A DNA stretch of 64,000 bases from assembly GCA_964618695.1 (NCBI GenBank), contig CAZUDX010000006.1, positions 4,548 through 68,547 on the forward strand, read 5' to 3'. Of the stretch, positions 28,946 to 38,232 are shown piece by piece. The number at the start of each line of letters is the position of its first letter. The stretch's first letter is position 1. Under the pieces are notes generated by a model. That model searched no databases. It was not told the DNA's origin and saw nothing but the letters and a program-made list of their open reading frames with translations. This stretch comes from an uncultured Candidatus Bathyarchaeia archaeon. GTDB taxonomy: Archaea > Thermoproteota > Bathyarchaeia > Bathyarchaeales > Bathyarchaeaceae. A program made the position numbers and the translations under genes.

Positions 28946-31339
28946 TCATAGTTTTCGGTTTTTTCTTTTTCTTCTTATGATTAAACCGTATATTATGGTT
29001 CCTGTTAGCACAGCAACGCCCAAACCTATTGGTGCAAGGACAGACAAGGACAAGGCGCCGTTCATTGTTTCCGTCTCCACGGTCTTAACAGCGTTTTCTG
29101 AAGTGGAAGCTCCATCATCATCTGTTATAGTTAGGGTTACCGTATAGGTTCCATCTTTATTGTACGCGTGGTCAGATATTACACCTGTGATTGTGGTGTT
29201 GTCTCCGAAATTCCAATGGTATGAGACTATGGAGCCGTCTGGGTCATAACTAGCTGAAGCGTCAAAATGGATAACCTCTCCTTTTTTTACTGTTGTAGCG
29301 TTTTCGGTGAACGATGCTATAGGCGGGCTATTCAAAACGCTTCTAGTTGAAGTAGCTGAACCAGACGCGCCGTCATTGTCAATTACGGTTAAGGTAACAG
29401 TGTAGATACCATCGTCTTCGTAAGCATGATCCACTTCAACTCCTACTGCAGTGTTTCCATCCCCAAAGTCCCAGAGGTGGCTGATGATGAAGCCGTCTGG
29501 GTCATGGCTTTCTGAAGCATCAAAAGAGATAGTTTCGCCTGTTTGAACGGTTTCAGCTGTCTCTGTAAACGATGCTACAGGTTTCCTGTTAAAAATAGTC
29601 TTTGTAGCATGGGTTGAGTTGGTTGCTCCTTTGTCATCAGTTACAATCAAAGTCACGGCATAAGATCCGTCATCCGCATAAGCGTGGGAAACTGTGACCC
29701 CTTTTGCTTTGGTTCCATCTCCGAAGTTCCATGAATAATCAACTATGGTGCCGTCAGAGTCGTAGCTCCCAGCCGCGTTAAAGGTGATTGTATCATTGAC
29801 GTATGCTATAGTAGCTGATTCGGTGAAGACTGCTACAGGAGGTCTGTTATTAACGATCTTCATGGCAGTGACCGAGTTTGTTGCTCCATTGTTGTCTGTG
29901 ACTGTCAAGGTAACCGTGTATATTCCAATCTCAGAGTATGCATGAGTTGCGTTAACGCCTGAAGCTGTGGTTCCGTCTCCGAAGTCCCAAAGATACGAAA
30001 CTATGATACCATCTAGGTCGTAGCTATTTGAAGCATTAAACTCTATAACTTGGCCAGTAAAAACGGTGGATGCCGATTCGCTGAATAAGGCTATTGGTGG
30101 ACGGTTTGGAATCATGACCGTGTAGTGGCGAGTGGATGTTGTGGCTTTGTTGCCTGCGTTGTCGAAGGCTTCAATGAAATATTCCACGTTTACTCCTTGG
30201 CCTTGTCCAGGAATGTTGGCTGTCCACAGTTCATTTTGTGTCGTCATATCGCGAAGGGACCAAGCGTTATTTGTTCTATGCCAGAGAGTCACGTTTTTGA
30301 CTCCGCTGGCTTCTTGAGGCTCCATGACGTTCGCTGATATTTTGACAACTTGGGCAGGGTTAGGTGAGTTTGGAGTTTGGAGAACGTTTGATATGGCTGG
30401 GGCAACGAAATCGCCTACCGAGTAGGAAAAGAGTTCTGAAGCGGAATAATAACCACGATTGTCAAAAGCGTAGACTTTGTAGTCTACTGTGGTGTTGTAT
30501 GGTTGTTTCGGAATCTCAGCAACGTATTTTCCTTCTTCCAGACTCATGGTTATGTTAATACCGTTGGCAGAGTCGGTTTGGTAATTCAGGATAACGGATT
30601 CAATATCGGCTTCTTTTTTGATGACTTGAGCTGCGACCTTCACTGACTGATCGTAGTTGGGAGTCTCAGGAGTTCGCGTTACGTTGATGATTTCTGGGAG
30701 GGAAATAGGTACAAGAGAGACAACCATATCAGCATAGTCTCGGTCCCCCCCTCCGAACAAGTCTTCGAAACCGATCAGAAACATGTTTGGGTAGTCCAAA
30801 TTTATGTACACCAGAGCATGATGTTCAGGAATATCAGGATTCAACCAGTGTTCTGTGAAATATCTGTATTCTGTCGCAGCTTCAGTCGTAGCCAAAGAGA
30901 GACCAAATTGACTATCGACCGCAAAGGACTTGGATATGGGCGGGTCCACGTATCCCTCCCTATAATTTCCGAGTATTCCTTCTGGTCCCGTGAAAAGCAC
31001 CTGAAAATCGCTTGTGTTAACTGGATAATAACTTAGCTCGTTTGTGTAATAGTAACTAGCGATTTCAGCGTGTAGTGTGATGTTGTAGTTACCTGGAGGA
31101 AACGTTTGGGTTTCTGTGAACGTAACATTCGTGAAGCCTAGGTTGCTGAGAATAGTCAGCAAATAAGGTTCAGTCTCTGTCTCTACCGCTGAAAAGAAGG
31201 TGATGGGGGTAATTATCAGCAAAGAAATCAGCGATAGGTTTACCAGAATCCAAAAAAAACGCCTTGTTTTCCTTTCGTTTTTCAGATTTTCCACTCTTAT
31301 CTTCATTGAACCAGATCTCTCCATGGAGTATGGAGACAT
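28946..31339 (-). CDS. Cell-surface protein with five tandem PKD domains, an N-terminal DUF4114-like region and a C-terminal TM anchor
   Basis: Five repeats of ...F(D/N)AS.SYD.DG.I..Y.W(D/N)FGDG... A GGGDRDYADMVVSL motif is present. The C-terminus reads LTGTIIYGLIIRRKRKNRKL. Confidence 0.85.
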   Translation of the reverse strand: MSPYSMERSGSMKIRVENLKNERKTRRFFWILVNLSLISLLIITPITFFSAVETETEPYLLTILSNLGFTNVTFTETQTFPPGNYNITLHAEIASYYYTNELSYYPVNTSDFQVLFTGPEGILGNYREGYVDPPISKSFAVDSQFGLSLATTEAATEYRYFTEHWLNPDIPEHHALVYINLDYPNMFLIGFEDLFGGGDRDYADMVVSLVPISLPEIINVTRTPETPNYDQSVKVAAQVIKKEADIESVILNYQTDSANGINITMSLEEGKYVAEIPKQPYNTTVDYKVYAFDNRGYYSASELFSYSVGDFVAPAISNVLQTPNSPNPAQVVKISANVMEPQEASGVKNVTLWHRTNNAWSLRDMTTQNELWTANIPGQGQGVNVEYFIEAFDNAGNKATTSTRHYTVMIPNRPPIALFSESASTVFTGQVIEFNASNSYDLDGIIVSYLWDFGDGTTASGVNATHAYSEIGIYTVTLTVTDNNGATNSVTAMKIVNNRPPVAVFTESATIAYVNDTITFNAAGSYDSDGTIVDYSWNFGDGTKAKGVTVSHAYADDGSYAVTLIVTDDKGATNSTHATKTIFNRKPVASFTETAETVQTGETISFDASESHDPDGFIISHLWDFGDGNTAVGVEVDHAYEDDGIYTVTLTVIDNDGASGSATSTRSVLNSPPIASFTENATTVKKGEVIHFDASASYDPDGSIVSYHWNFGDNTTITGVISDHAYNKDGTYTVTLTITDDDGASTSENAVKTVETETMNGALSLSVLAPIGLGVAVLTGTIIYGLIIRRKRKNRKL

Positions 31340-31625
31340 GGATTGTCATTCTCCTTTCTAGCCGTTATTGTAACGGTATTTAGTCGATATTATGGGAATA
31401 AATATGCTATTTCCTTGAACCGAATATTATCAAACACGTATTTAAAAGGCTTATAGAAATAACCTCTACTCTCCCAAAAATCTCTTAATTTTTGTAGAGT
31501 TAAGTGCTTCTTTTTCTGTTTTGGTGTCTGAAGAAGGGTTTATTATGTCTTGATGTGACATATATCCGTTTTCGACTTACGATTTTTAATATCTCGATAT
31601 TGAAGATAATTAGTGGGAGTAACTG

Positions 31626-31757
31626 ATGGACCCAAACGAAGCCCGGTGGAAGATCATGAAAGCGTTGCTTGATAGTTTTCCATCGTTGAAGAAAAGGACA
31701 ATCGAGTATCTGTACATCAGCGATTCTACGTCTGGAGAAATCAGACAAGAGTGCTGA
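31626..31757 (+). CDS. Possible 43-aa small ORF or HTH fragment
   Basis: ATG preceded by GGGAG. The peptide MDPNEARWKIMKALLDS... resembles the start of wHTH regulators. It may be a gene remnant. Confidence 0.2.
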   Translation: MDPNEARWKIMKALLDSFPSLKKRTIEYLYISDSTSGEIRQEC

Positions 31758-31981
31758 TTTGTGCATCTAATTAATTATTAAATGTTTTTTACCACTGATT
31801 CATTGTGACATATCTGCTTTCAGAGTTGAACTTGCCGACAAGAAATGTAAAGTTGTTGTTGGCTGGGTTCGTTTTTAGAGCCTTGATTTAAAATGCTAAG
31901 GATTGTTTAGGTTGGCAAATCTTGCGGACCCTAATCTCTTTGCAAAAATTAGGCGGTATATAATCTGGAAGTGGAAAAGGG

Positions 31982-32287
31982 CTAGTTCAGAATTGTTGTC
32001 GGATTAACTCTGGTTATTTTTTCGTTGTCTCCCAAGAGATCTGCAATTTCTTCGTAGCTTTCTAGGTATTTTTCGCCTTTAGCCGTTATTCTGTAGACTT
32101 TTCTCTTTTTTTCGTTATGAATTTTGAGTAGTTCCATTTTTACGAGGAAAGAGAGGTACTCGTTTAGTTGGGCAAAGCTCAGGTTTGCTCTGTACATGAT
32201 TTGGGTTTTCAGGCTTCCATCTTTGGCTATTTCGAGTATTTCTGCTATTATGTAGAGTCTGTCCCTGCGTTTTCGCTCGTTTTCCAT
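31982..32287 (-). CDS. Winged-helix transcriptional regulator (COG3432-like)
   Basis: RDRLYIIAEILEIAKDGSLKTQIMYRANLSFAQLNEYLSFLVKMELL...YRITAKGEKYLE. I chose the ATG at 32287. Confidence 0.7.
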   Translation of the reverse strand: MENERKRRDRLYIIAEILEIAKDGSLKTQIMYRANLSFAQLNEYLSFLVKMELLKIHNEKKRKVYRITAKGEKYLESYEEIADLLGDNEKITRVNPTTILN

Positions 32288-32493
32288 ATTATTAAGCCTC
32301 TCTAAGTTTTTTCTATATGTCTTGTCTATAGCGAAAGTGGAACTTTGACACCTAAAAAGCCTGTTTCCGAAGCGCAAATATTCCCATAAACAGAATATAC
32401 CAACTGCTTGGAGTTTCCAATGTGAATGTCATAAGGCTTATAAGGCAAAACCGCACTCCGCTTTTCTGTTAGAACTGAAATAAGGAGATTGCC

Positions 32494-32625
32494 TTGAGTC
32501 AGGAAAAACTGAAACGGCGTGCCTTTCGTCTACGTTTCTTGATTGATCATATCAAGAACAAGAAGACTAAGCAGAAGGTTATCGCTGAATACGTTAGTCT
32601 CATAAAGCAAATGAGCAACAACTAG
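32494..32625 (+). CDS. Possible 43-aa basic helical small protein
   Basis: TTG start 7 nt after AAGGAG. The peptide is (M)SQEKLKRRAFRLRFLIDHIKNKKTKQKVIAEYVSLIKQMSNN. It is below the ORF-track length cut-off. Confidence 0.3.
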   Translation: MSQEKLKRRAFRLRFLIDHIKNKKTKQKVIAEYVSLIKQMSNN

Positions 32626-33076
32626 CCTTCAGGTCAACGCTTAAAAACTATTTTTTACTTATCTTTTTTCCAAAATAGGTAGACTTTGGTATGGGAAAGA
32701 GATGAAGAGTTTAAAATCCACATTTCAAAGAGAAATCCCAAATAAAGAGAATTTAAACTCAATAAGTTGTAGTAGCTTCCTTTGCCTTCCGTTTAGGCAT
32801 TATCCGTCAAAATTTGTTATTTGAGTTGTGACATTTTTAACCTTAGTGAGGGACAAACTGTTCTCTTAAAAATTTTTCAAAAATATAACCTCTTAACCAA
32901 TTATCTAACGTTATTAAGACTCTTACCAAAGAACAGAGATTCGGCCTCTAAAGAAACTAGAGGTATGTCGTCCAATATTTAATGTTCTTTCCATAGGTTC
33001 AGCTTATAGAAAGTAACTTTGGGTCTTTGCCAAAGAGAATAAAGAGTTTCAAAAGGGTTCGAAGTCGTCGAAGAGC

Positions 33077-33249
33077 CCTAAATTTGGTTTCCAAAGAGAA
33101 CCTAAAGAGATTGGATGCCGATTATTAAAGAGAATGTCAAGAAGCAAAGAGGCGGACCCAAAGAGCGTAAAGAGGAAAGCAAAGAGAAATGGAGCAATTC
33201 GAGCAGGTCGAATCTGATATCTGGAAACAAGCTTTGAGAAAAAAAGAGA
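33077..33249 (+). repeat. ~173-bp direct repeat unit 1 (AAAGAG-rich)
   Basis: Aligns with 33279-33450 at roughly nine-tenths identity by eye, with a 202-bp period. Confidence 0.85.
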
Positions 33250-33278
33250 TTTTCTCCTATGTTTAATAATGGAAGGGT

Positions 33279-33450
33279 CCTAAATTTGGTTACCAAAGAG
33301 AACTTGAAGAGATTGGATGCCGGCTACTAAAAGAGATCGTAAAGAGCCAAAGAGGCGGACCCAAAGAGCGTAAAGAGGAAAGCAAAGAGAAATGGAGTAA
33401 TTCGAGCAGGTCGAATCTAATATCTGGGAACAAGCTTAGAAAAAAGGAGA
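33279..33450 (+). repeat. ~173-bp direct repeat unit 2 (AAAGAG-rich)
   Basis: Shares long identical stretches with unit 1, for example AAGAGGCGGACCCAAAGAGCGTAAAGAGGAAAGCAAAGAGAAATGGAG and ATTCGAGCAGGTCGAATCT. Confidence 0.85.
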
Positions 33451-33544
33451 CTGGGGGAAACTCTTCGTAGAAATGATTTTGATTATTCGTAATTCTTGGC
33501 AAAGACTTAACAATATTTAATCGTGTCAAGATTCAAGAAACATT

Positions 33545-33754
33545 ATGAAGACCAAACTTTGAATTAAGTGCCCTAACTGTAGCCATTGGAACAGGGTAGA
33601 TGTTGAAAAGGTATTCTCAGAACAAGCCACTTCAGAACCTAAAGTAAAAGCCTTTGTTCCTTTCTAATTACCTTTCAAAACTGAAAAATGTTCTAAATGC
33701 GGTCAAGTTATAGCAAAAGAAAAGGAACTTGTCAGAATAGTTCCAAGCCAATAA
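33545..33754 (+). pseudogene. Disrupted zinc-ribbon gene (CPNC...CSKC) with two in-frame stops
   Basis: The 70-codon frame reads MKTKL*IKCPNCSHWNRVDVEKVFSEQATSEPKVKAFVPF*LPFKTEKCSKCGQVIAKEKELVRIVPSQ*. Confidence 0.35.
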
Positions 33755-33852
33755 CGCCTCTTCGTGGGAAAGTCCCGATGGTTAACAGACTCTTCGTGAA
33801 ACCTAAAAGTCCATAAGAGTTAACAGAACCGTTTTAAGAGGGCGAAGTGTTT

Positions 33853-33913
33853 GTCAAGAAACTTTGACCAAAAAACTGCAGTATGTATCATTTATTGGTC
33901 AAGAAACCTTGAC
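33853..33913. promoter_or_regulatory. Two copies of palindromic box GTCAAGAAAC(T/C)TTGAC, 45 bp apart, upstream of the 33955 operon
   Basis: 33853-33868 and 33898-33913 match at 15 of 16 positions and both are followed by an A-run. The second copy has perfect 6-bp inverted arms GTCAAG/CTTGAC. Confidence 0.45.
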
Positions 33914-33954
33914 AAAAACGCTTTTAATCTTTATTTGCAATAAAATGAATCGTC

Positions 33955-35070
33955 ATGTTTCTATATACGAAGAAAACCACATCAAAAATTGGTTCAATGC
34001 TCATTTTTCCTTTTTTTCTAACAACTTTCTTCATTCCTCTTAGTACAACTGAGGATTCTTGGGCAACGATGGAGCCGATGCCTACTGCTAGAGGTTCCTT
34101 CGGTGTTGCTGTTGTGGACGGTAAGATATATGCAATTGGAGGATTCAATGGAAGCAACTATCTTGCAATTAATGAAATGTACGACCCAGAAACAGATACA
34201 TGGACAACAAAGCAGTCGATGCCAACTGCACGGCACGAATTTGCTATAGCTGTTTGTCAGAATAAAATTTATGTTATAGGCGGAGTTTTTCGTGCAAACG
34301 ATTTCTTTAACTCGGGATTCACTGGAGTAAATGAAGTTTACGACCCTTTAACTGACACTTGGGAAACTATGGAGCCGATGCCCACCGCTAGAGCTAGGCT
34401 ACAAGCAAACGTTGTAGACAACAAAATCTACCTCATAGGCGGCGCCAAGTACGATAGAATCTGGCCTTTTTATTGGGGCACTGCTGGTTTGAATGAGGTT
34501 TATGATCCATTGACTAATTCTTGGTCAACAAATTCGCCGATGCCAACAAGTGTGGGCTACTACTTCTCAGCAGTGGTTGACAACAAAATTTATGTTATGT
34601 ATGCTGTAATCGAGACTTCATTCCTCACCCAAATATACAACTCCGAAACTGATTCATGGAGCTACGGAAAAAAGTTGCCAACCGCAGCTTTTGTGGCGAC
34701 TGCTGGCGCAACTACTGGCGTGCTGGCTCCAAAGAGGATTTACGTTTTAGGTGGAATGGTAGAATCTAACGTTGCCACCAACCTCAATCAAGTGTATGAT
34801 CCGGAAACTGATACGTGGACTAATGGCACATCGATGCCGACTCCCCGCTGGGCATTGGCAGTTGCTGTCGTAAATGATGAGCTTTACGCAATTGGAGGTT
34901 ACAACGGTGAAACCCGCTTGGCAGTTAATGAAAAGTATACGCCAATCGATTATATTCCTGAGTTTCCTTCATGGACACCAATGCTGGTTATGCTACTTGT
35001 AATAGCAATTTTAACAGTCATGTACAAACATCGTCTACGCAGAGCCAATCATGGGAGAAAGATTAAGTGA
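33955..35070 (+). CDS. Secreted Kelch-repeat (beta-propeller) protein with PEF-CTERM-like tail
   Basis: About six repeats of ...MPTAR....AVVDNKIYVIGG....NEVYDP.TD.W... The C-terminus reads IPEFPSWTPMLVMLLVIAILTVMYKHRLRR. Confidence 0.85.
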   Translation: MFLYTKKTTSKIGSMLIFPFFLTTFFIPLSTTEDSWATMEPMPTARGSFGVAVVDGKIYAIGGFNGSNYLAINEMYDPETDTWTTKQSMPTARHEFAIAVCQNKIYVIGGVFRANDFFNSGFTGVNEVYDPLTDTWETMEPMPTARARLQANVVDNKIYLIGGAKYDRIWPFYWGTAGLNEVYDPLTNSWSTNSPMPTSVGYYFSAVVDNKIYVMYAVIETSFLTQIYNSETDSWSYGKKLPTAAFVATAGATTGVLAPKRIYVLGGMVESNVATNLNQVYDPETDTWTNGTSMPTPRWALAVAVVNDELYAIGGYNGETRLAVNEKYTPIDYIPEFPSWTPMLVMLLVIAILTVMYKHRLRRANHGRKIK

Positions 35071-36338
35071 AAAAACCCGCAACAATATTCATCCTGTTAT
35101 TTGTTCTTAGCTTTGCCCCTCTTTTTCTCCCCAAAATTGAGATAGTGGAAGCAGAGCCTAACACGGTTATTGTTCCAGATGATTATGCTAGCATACAAGA
35201 AGCTGTTGATAATGCTTCTGAAGGTGATACACTATTCGTGAAGAGCGGAACCTACAGTGAAAACCTAACCATCAACAAGCCCCTGTCACTTGTTGGCGAA
35301 GACAAGGAAACAACAATTGTAGTCGGAGAAGGAACCACCGCTCTCCTCGTGCAACATGACAACGTAAACGTGACGGGCTTCACTTTCAAAAGACCATCCA
35401 CGATGCGCTGGTACTACGGTATTCACCTGCTAAACGTCAAACATTGCAACGTCTTCGGCAACATTGTAGAAAGCACTTTCTACGGAATATGGCTTGTAGA
35501 CGCTTCATACAACAACATCTACGAAAACAACTGCACAAGAGACTACAACGGAATACATCTTAGAGACTCAAATTACAACAATATTTCTAAGAACCACGTG
35601 ACAAGCAACACCGGATCGGGTATCAGCACTGACGGCTCCAACAGCAACATCATAATTGGCAACTACGTTGCCTCAAATGGTTGGTGTGGAATAAACCTTG
35701 ACGGTGGAAGCCCTAACTGTGACAATCTGATAATGGAAAACGTTGTAACGCATAATGGAGACATAGGAATTGGCATATCATCTAGAGACTCCACCTCAAA
35801 CAGAATTGTCAGCAACGACATCACTGCAAATGGAGTTCCTGATGATGGAGATGCAGCCATTCGCCTTGGATGGGGCAGCAACCTAGTGGAGCGCAACCGC
35901 ATCATAGGGAACCAAGCGGGAATCTATATCGAGGGTTCGAAGAACAGCACCATTCGCTGGAATCTAATTGAAAACAACCCTGAAGGAGGCATTCGCATCC
36001 ACAGTTTCCCCAGCAGCGAGGCTTTAGACAACGTCATTTACGAAAATAACATAATCAACAATTTTGTCGTTTTATCAGGACAACAAGAGAGCAGTAAAGT
36101 AAACATTTGGGACCTCAATTCAAGGGGCAACTACTGGAGCAGTTATACTGGAACAGACAATGATAATGATGGAATAGGCGACACACCATACATCCTAGGT
36201 CAAAGCAATACCGACAACTATCCATTAATGGAACCAATAAATACCGAAGTTATTCCAGAGTTTCCTTCATGGATTGTTTTACCTCTAGCAATGATGACAT
36301 TTTTAGTGGCAATAATTGTGAAGAGGAGGTTCCTATGA
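35067..36338 (+). CDS. Secreted right-handed beta-helix (NosD/pectate-lyase-fold) repeat protein with PEF-CTERM-like tail
   Basis: Repeated N.I..N....GI.L units. The C-terminus reads IPEFPSWIVLPLAMMTFLVAIIVKRRFL. The start overlaps the previous stop. Confidence 0.85.
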   Translation: MKKPATIFILLFVLSFAPLFLPKIEIVEAEPNTVIVPDDYASIQEAVDNASEGDTLFVKSGTYSENLTINKPLSLVGEDKETTIVVGEGTTALLVQHDNVNVTGFTFKRPSTMRWYYGIHLLNVKHCNVFGNIVESTFYGIWLVDASYNNIYENNCTRDYNGIHLRDSNYNNISKNHVTSNTGSGISTDGSNSNIIIGNYVASNGWCGINLDGGSPNCDNLIMENVVTHNGDIGIGISSRDSTSNRIVSNDITANGVPDDGDAAIRLGWGSNLVERNRIIGNQAGIYIEGSKNSTIRWNLIENNPEGGIRIHSFPSSEALDNVIYENNIINNFVVLSGQQESSKVNIWDLNSRGNYWSSYTGTDNDNDGIGDTPYILGQSNTDNYPLMEPINTEVIPEFPSWIVLPLAMMTFLVAIIVKRRFL

Positions 36339-36997
36339 AGAACAAAGGAGTAGCTGTGGCTTTCGTTTTCACACTCTTGTTTTCAGCAGTATCTTCATTG
36401 CAGTTTGCTAGTTTGGCAACAGCCAACCCTGTCCCTTATCCGCCTGAGCCTAACACTGAACTGCCTACTTTGACAGTGCAAACACCATGTAACCACTCGA
36501 ACAGCTACGCCGAAAACACGGTTACCTTTAATTTCAGTGTAACCAAGCCTGATTCATGGAACCACTACTGGATGTTTGGATTTCCAGTCATTGGTGACTA
36601 CTCCGTCTGGGTATATCTAGATGAAAAGCAATATTCTACGTACTGGGATCCCCGAGTTCCGGACCAGCTCACCACAGATTACTCGGTAGTTTTGTATAAT
36701 TTGACAAGTGAACCGCATAACCTAAGAATTGACGTCAGAGCAAGGACATTTTATGAAAACCCAAACAAAACGGAACATAGTGATTATGCTGAACACTTTA
36801 TGAATGTTTCTCAAGCAATACACTTTACTGTAATTGCAGATCAAAGAATGATACTCTTCACCGTAGACGAAATTGGCTTTATTCCAGAGTTACCATCCTG
36901 GACACCAATGCTGATTATGCTCAGTGTGCTTGCTGTTGCCGTAGTCGTTTACAAGCGAAGAGTAACAAAAACAGTTAACTCGTATGATAGGAGGTGA
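36335..36997 (+). CDS. Secreted hypothetical protein with PEF-CTERM-like tail
   Basis: ATG at 36335 after GGAGG, with an ATGA overlap. Signal peptide MKNKGVAVAFVFTLLFSAVSS. The C-terminus reads IPELPSWTPMLIMLSVLAVAVVVYKRRV. Confidence 0.75.
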   Translation: MKNKGVAVAFVFTLLFSAVSSLQFASLATANPVPYPPEPNTELPTLTVQTPCNHSNSYAENTVTFNFSVTKPDSWNHYWMFGFPVIGDYSVWVYLDEKQYSTYWDPRVPDQLTTDYSVVLYNLTSEPHNLRIDVRARTFYENPNKTEHSDYAEHFMNVSQAIHFTVIADQRMILFTVDEIGFIPELPSWTPMLIMLSVLAVAVVVYKRRVTKTVNSYDRR

Positions 36998-38202
36998 AGA
37001 AGGTAACTAGAATGATTAAAGCAAACAAAAAACTGTCTTTGTTCTCAACGGTTTTTGTCTGGTTTATAATTGTAACTATAGGACTAAATGGGTTGGCAGT
37101 ATGTAATGCAGTCAATCCAGAATACTCAGAATCAGCCCCTCCAGAGAAAGTGCTGACCATCCTAGAGAACGTGGTTGGTCTTGACTTGGCAAAGTACAGC
37201 ACGGACTTGGAGTTATACGCTCAGGCTCCTTTTTTGTATTTTGAAGTTCTACCGCAAGAAGACGTGAAATACACCCTAGAGTCTGATGAAAGCAAACTTG
37301 AAGTGATTTGTGCTTTTGTAGACGAGAAACTACGTTCGATGAACATCTACATAAATGATGGCTCACCACTCACAACTCAACCAGCCGCCAGCCCCCTTGA
37401 AACGGCTAAAAACTTCCTCGACAAATACCCAACATATTCTGACAATTCTTACTACAGCACAATGCGGTCTATGCTGAACAACATTGAAGCAGACCAAAAC
37501 GTCACAAAAACCTCCGAAAACATAAAACTTGCAGTCACAGTCACCGCAAACAGCACAGATTTCAGGTGGAAATACGTCTTTAACGGCGTTGAGGCAACAT
37601 CGAAATGTGTAGCCCTAAATTTTGAACAGGGATTCCTGAAGTACTTCATTGATTCGTGGAGCTTCTGGACTATTGGTAACACTGACCTAAACGTCTCTGA
37701 GGAGGAAGCCATAGAAATCGCCATGAACGCCGCAGAAAACTACTCATGGAACTTAAGCAGTGGAACAACAGTAACCGAATTCAACATAGTGGGCGTAAGC
37801 GAAACAAAATTATCGATCGGCAATTACCCTACCAAAAACGAGTCACGTGGCGGCGACCCCTTGACATTGTATCCTGGCTGGCGCGTCAAACTGTACTTTG
37901 ACAAACTTTACCCTGGTCAAGTTTACGGACTGGACATCGGAATCTGGGCGGACACAGGAGAAGTAAATGCCATCAGTACACTGCTGTATTTAGGAGATGT
38001 TCCATACACTGGAGAACCTGCAGACAACGAAGACTCCACTGAGCAGCCCTCGATCGAAGAACCAAACAATGATGCTGCAGATTCAGGCATGACAACAATT
38101 CTGTTAATAGCATTATTAGCCTCAATCGCGGTTGCAATTGTAGCAACCATAACCTATTTTATACGAAAAAAGAAAAATTCTCATAAGCTTAATAGCGAAT
38201 AG
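36994..38202 (+). CDS. Membrane-anchored extracellular hypothetical protein
   Basis: GTG start after AGGAGG, with a GTGA overlap. It has an N-terminal TM or signal and a C-terminal TM plus KKKN tail, but no PEF motif. Confidence 0.75.
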   Translation: MKKVTRMIKANKKLSLFSTVFVWFIIVTIGLNGLAVCNAVNPEYSESAPPEKVLTILENVVGLDLAKYSTDLELYAQAPFLYFEVLPQEDVKYTLESDESKLEVICAFVDEKLRSMNIYINDGSPLTTQPAASPLETAKNFLDKYPTYSDNSYYSTMRSMLNNIEADQNVTKTSENIKLAVTVTANSTDFRWKYVFNGVEATSKCVALNFEQGFLKYFIDSWSFWTIGNTDLNVSEEEAIEIAMNAAENYSWNLSSGTTVTEFNIVGVSETKLSIGNYPTKNESRGGDPLTLYPGWRVKLYFDKLYPGQVYGLDIGIWADTGEVNAISTLLYLGDVPYTGEPADNEDSTEQPSIEEPNNDAADSGMTTILLIALLASIAVAIVATITYFIRKKKNSHKLNSE

Positions 38203-38232
38203 CGTAGAAAGCTAAGAAGCGGGATAGTACCA

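Noticed and set aside
31500-31766. 88-aa minus-strand ORF
   Set aside because: It has no recognisable motif, lies in an A+T-rich gene-poor region, and overlaps an equally weak plus-strand micro-ORF. The evidence is insufficient for either, so only the plus-strand one is listed, at low confidence.
33077-33450. CRISPR array
   Set aside because: There are only two long (~173 bp) units with a 29-bp gap between them. There is no short repeat/spacer periodicity and no cas genes. No other CRISPR-like periodic structure was seen in the window.
33102-33529. Two minus-strand ORFs (64 and 79 aa) sharing SLFPDIRFDLLELLHFSLLSSLRSLGPPL
   Set aside because: They are the antisense translation of the AAAGAG-rich 173-bp repeats, since CTCTTT gives L/S/F runs. 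Indels between the two repeat units break frame conservation, and the composition is not protein-like.
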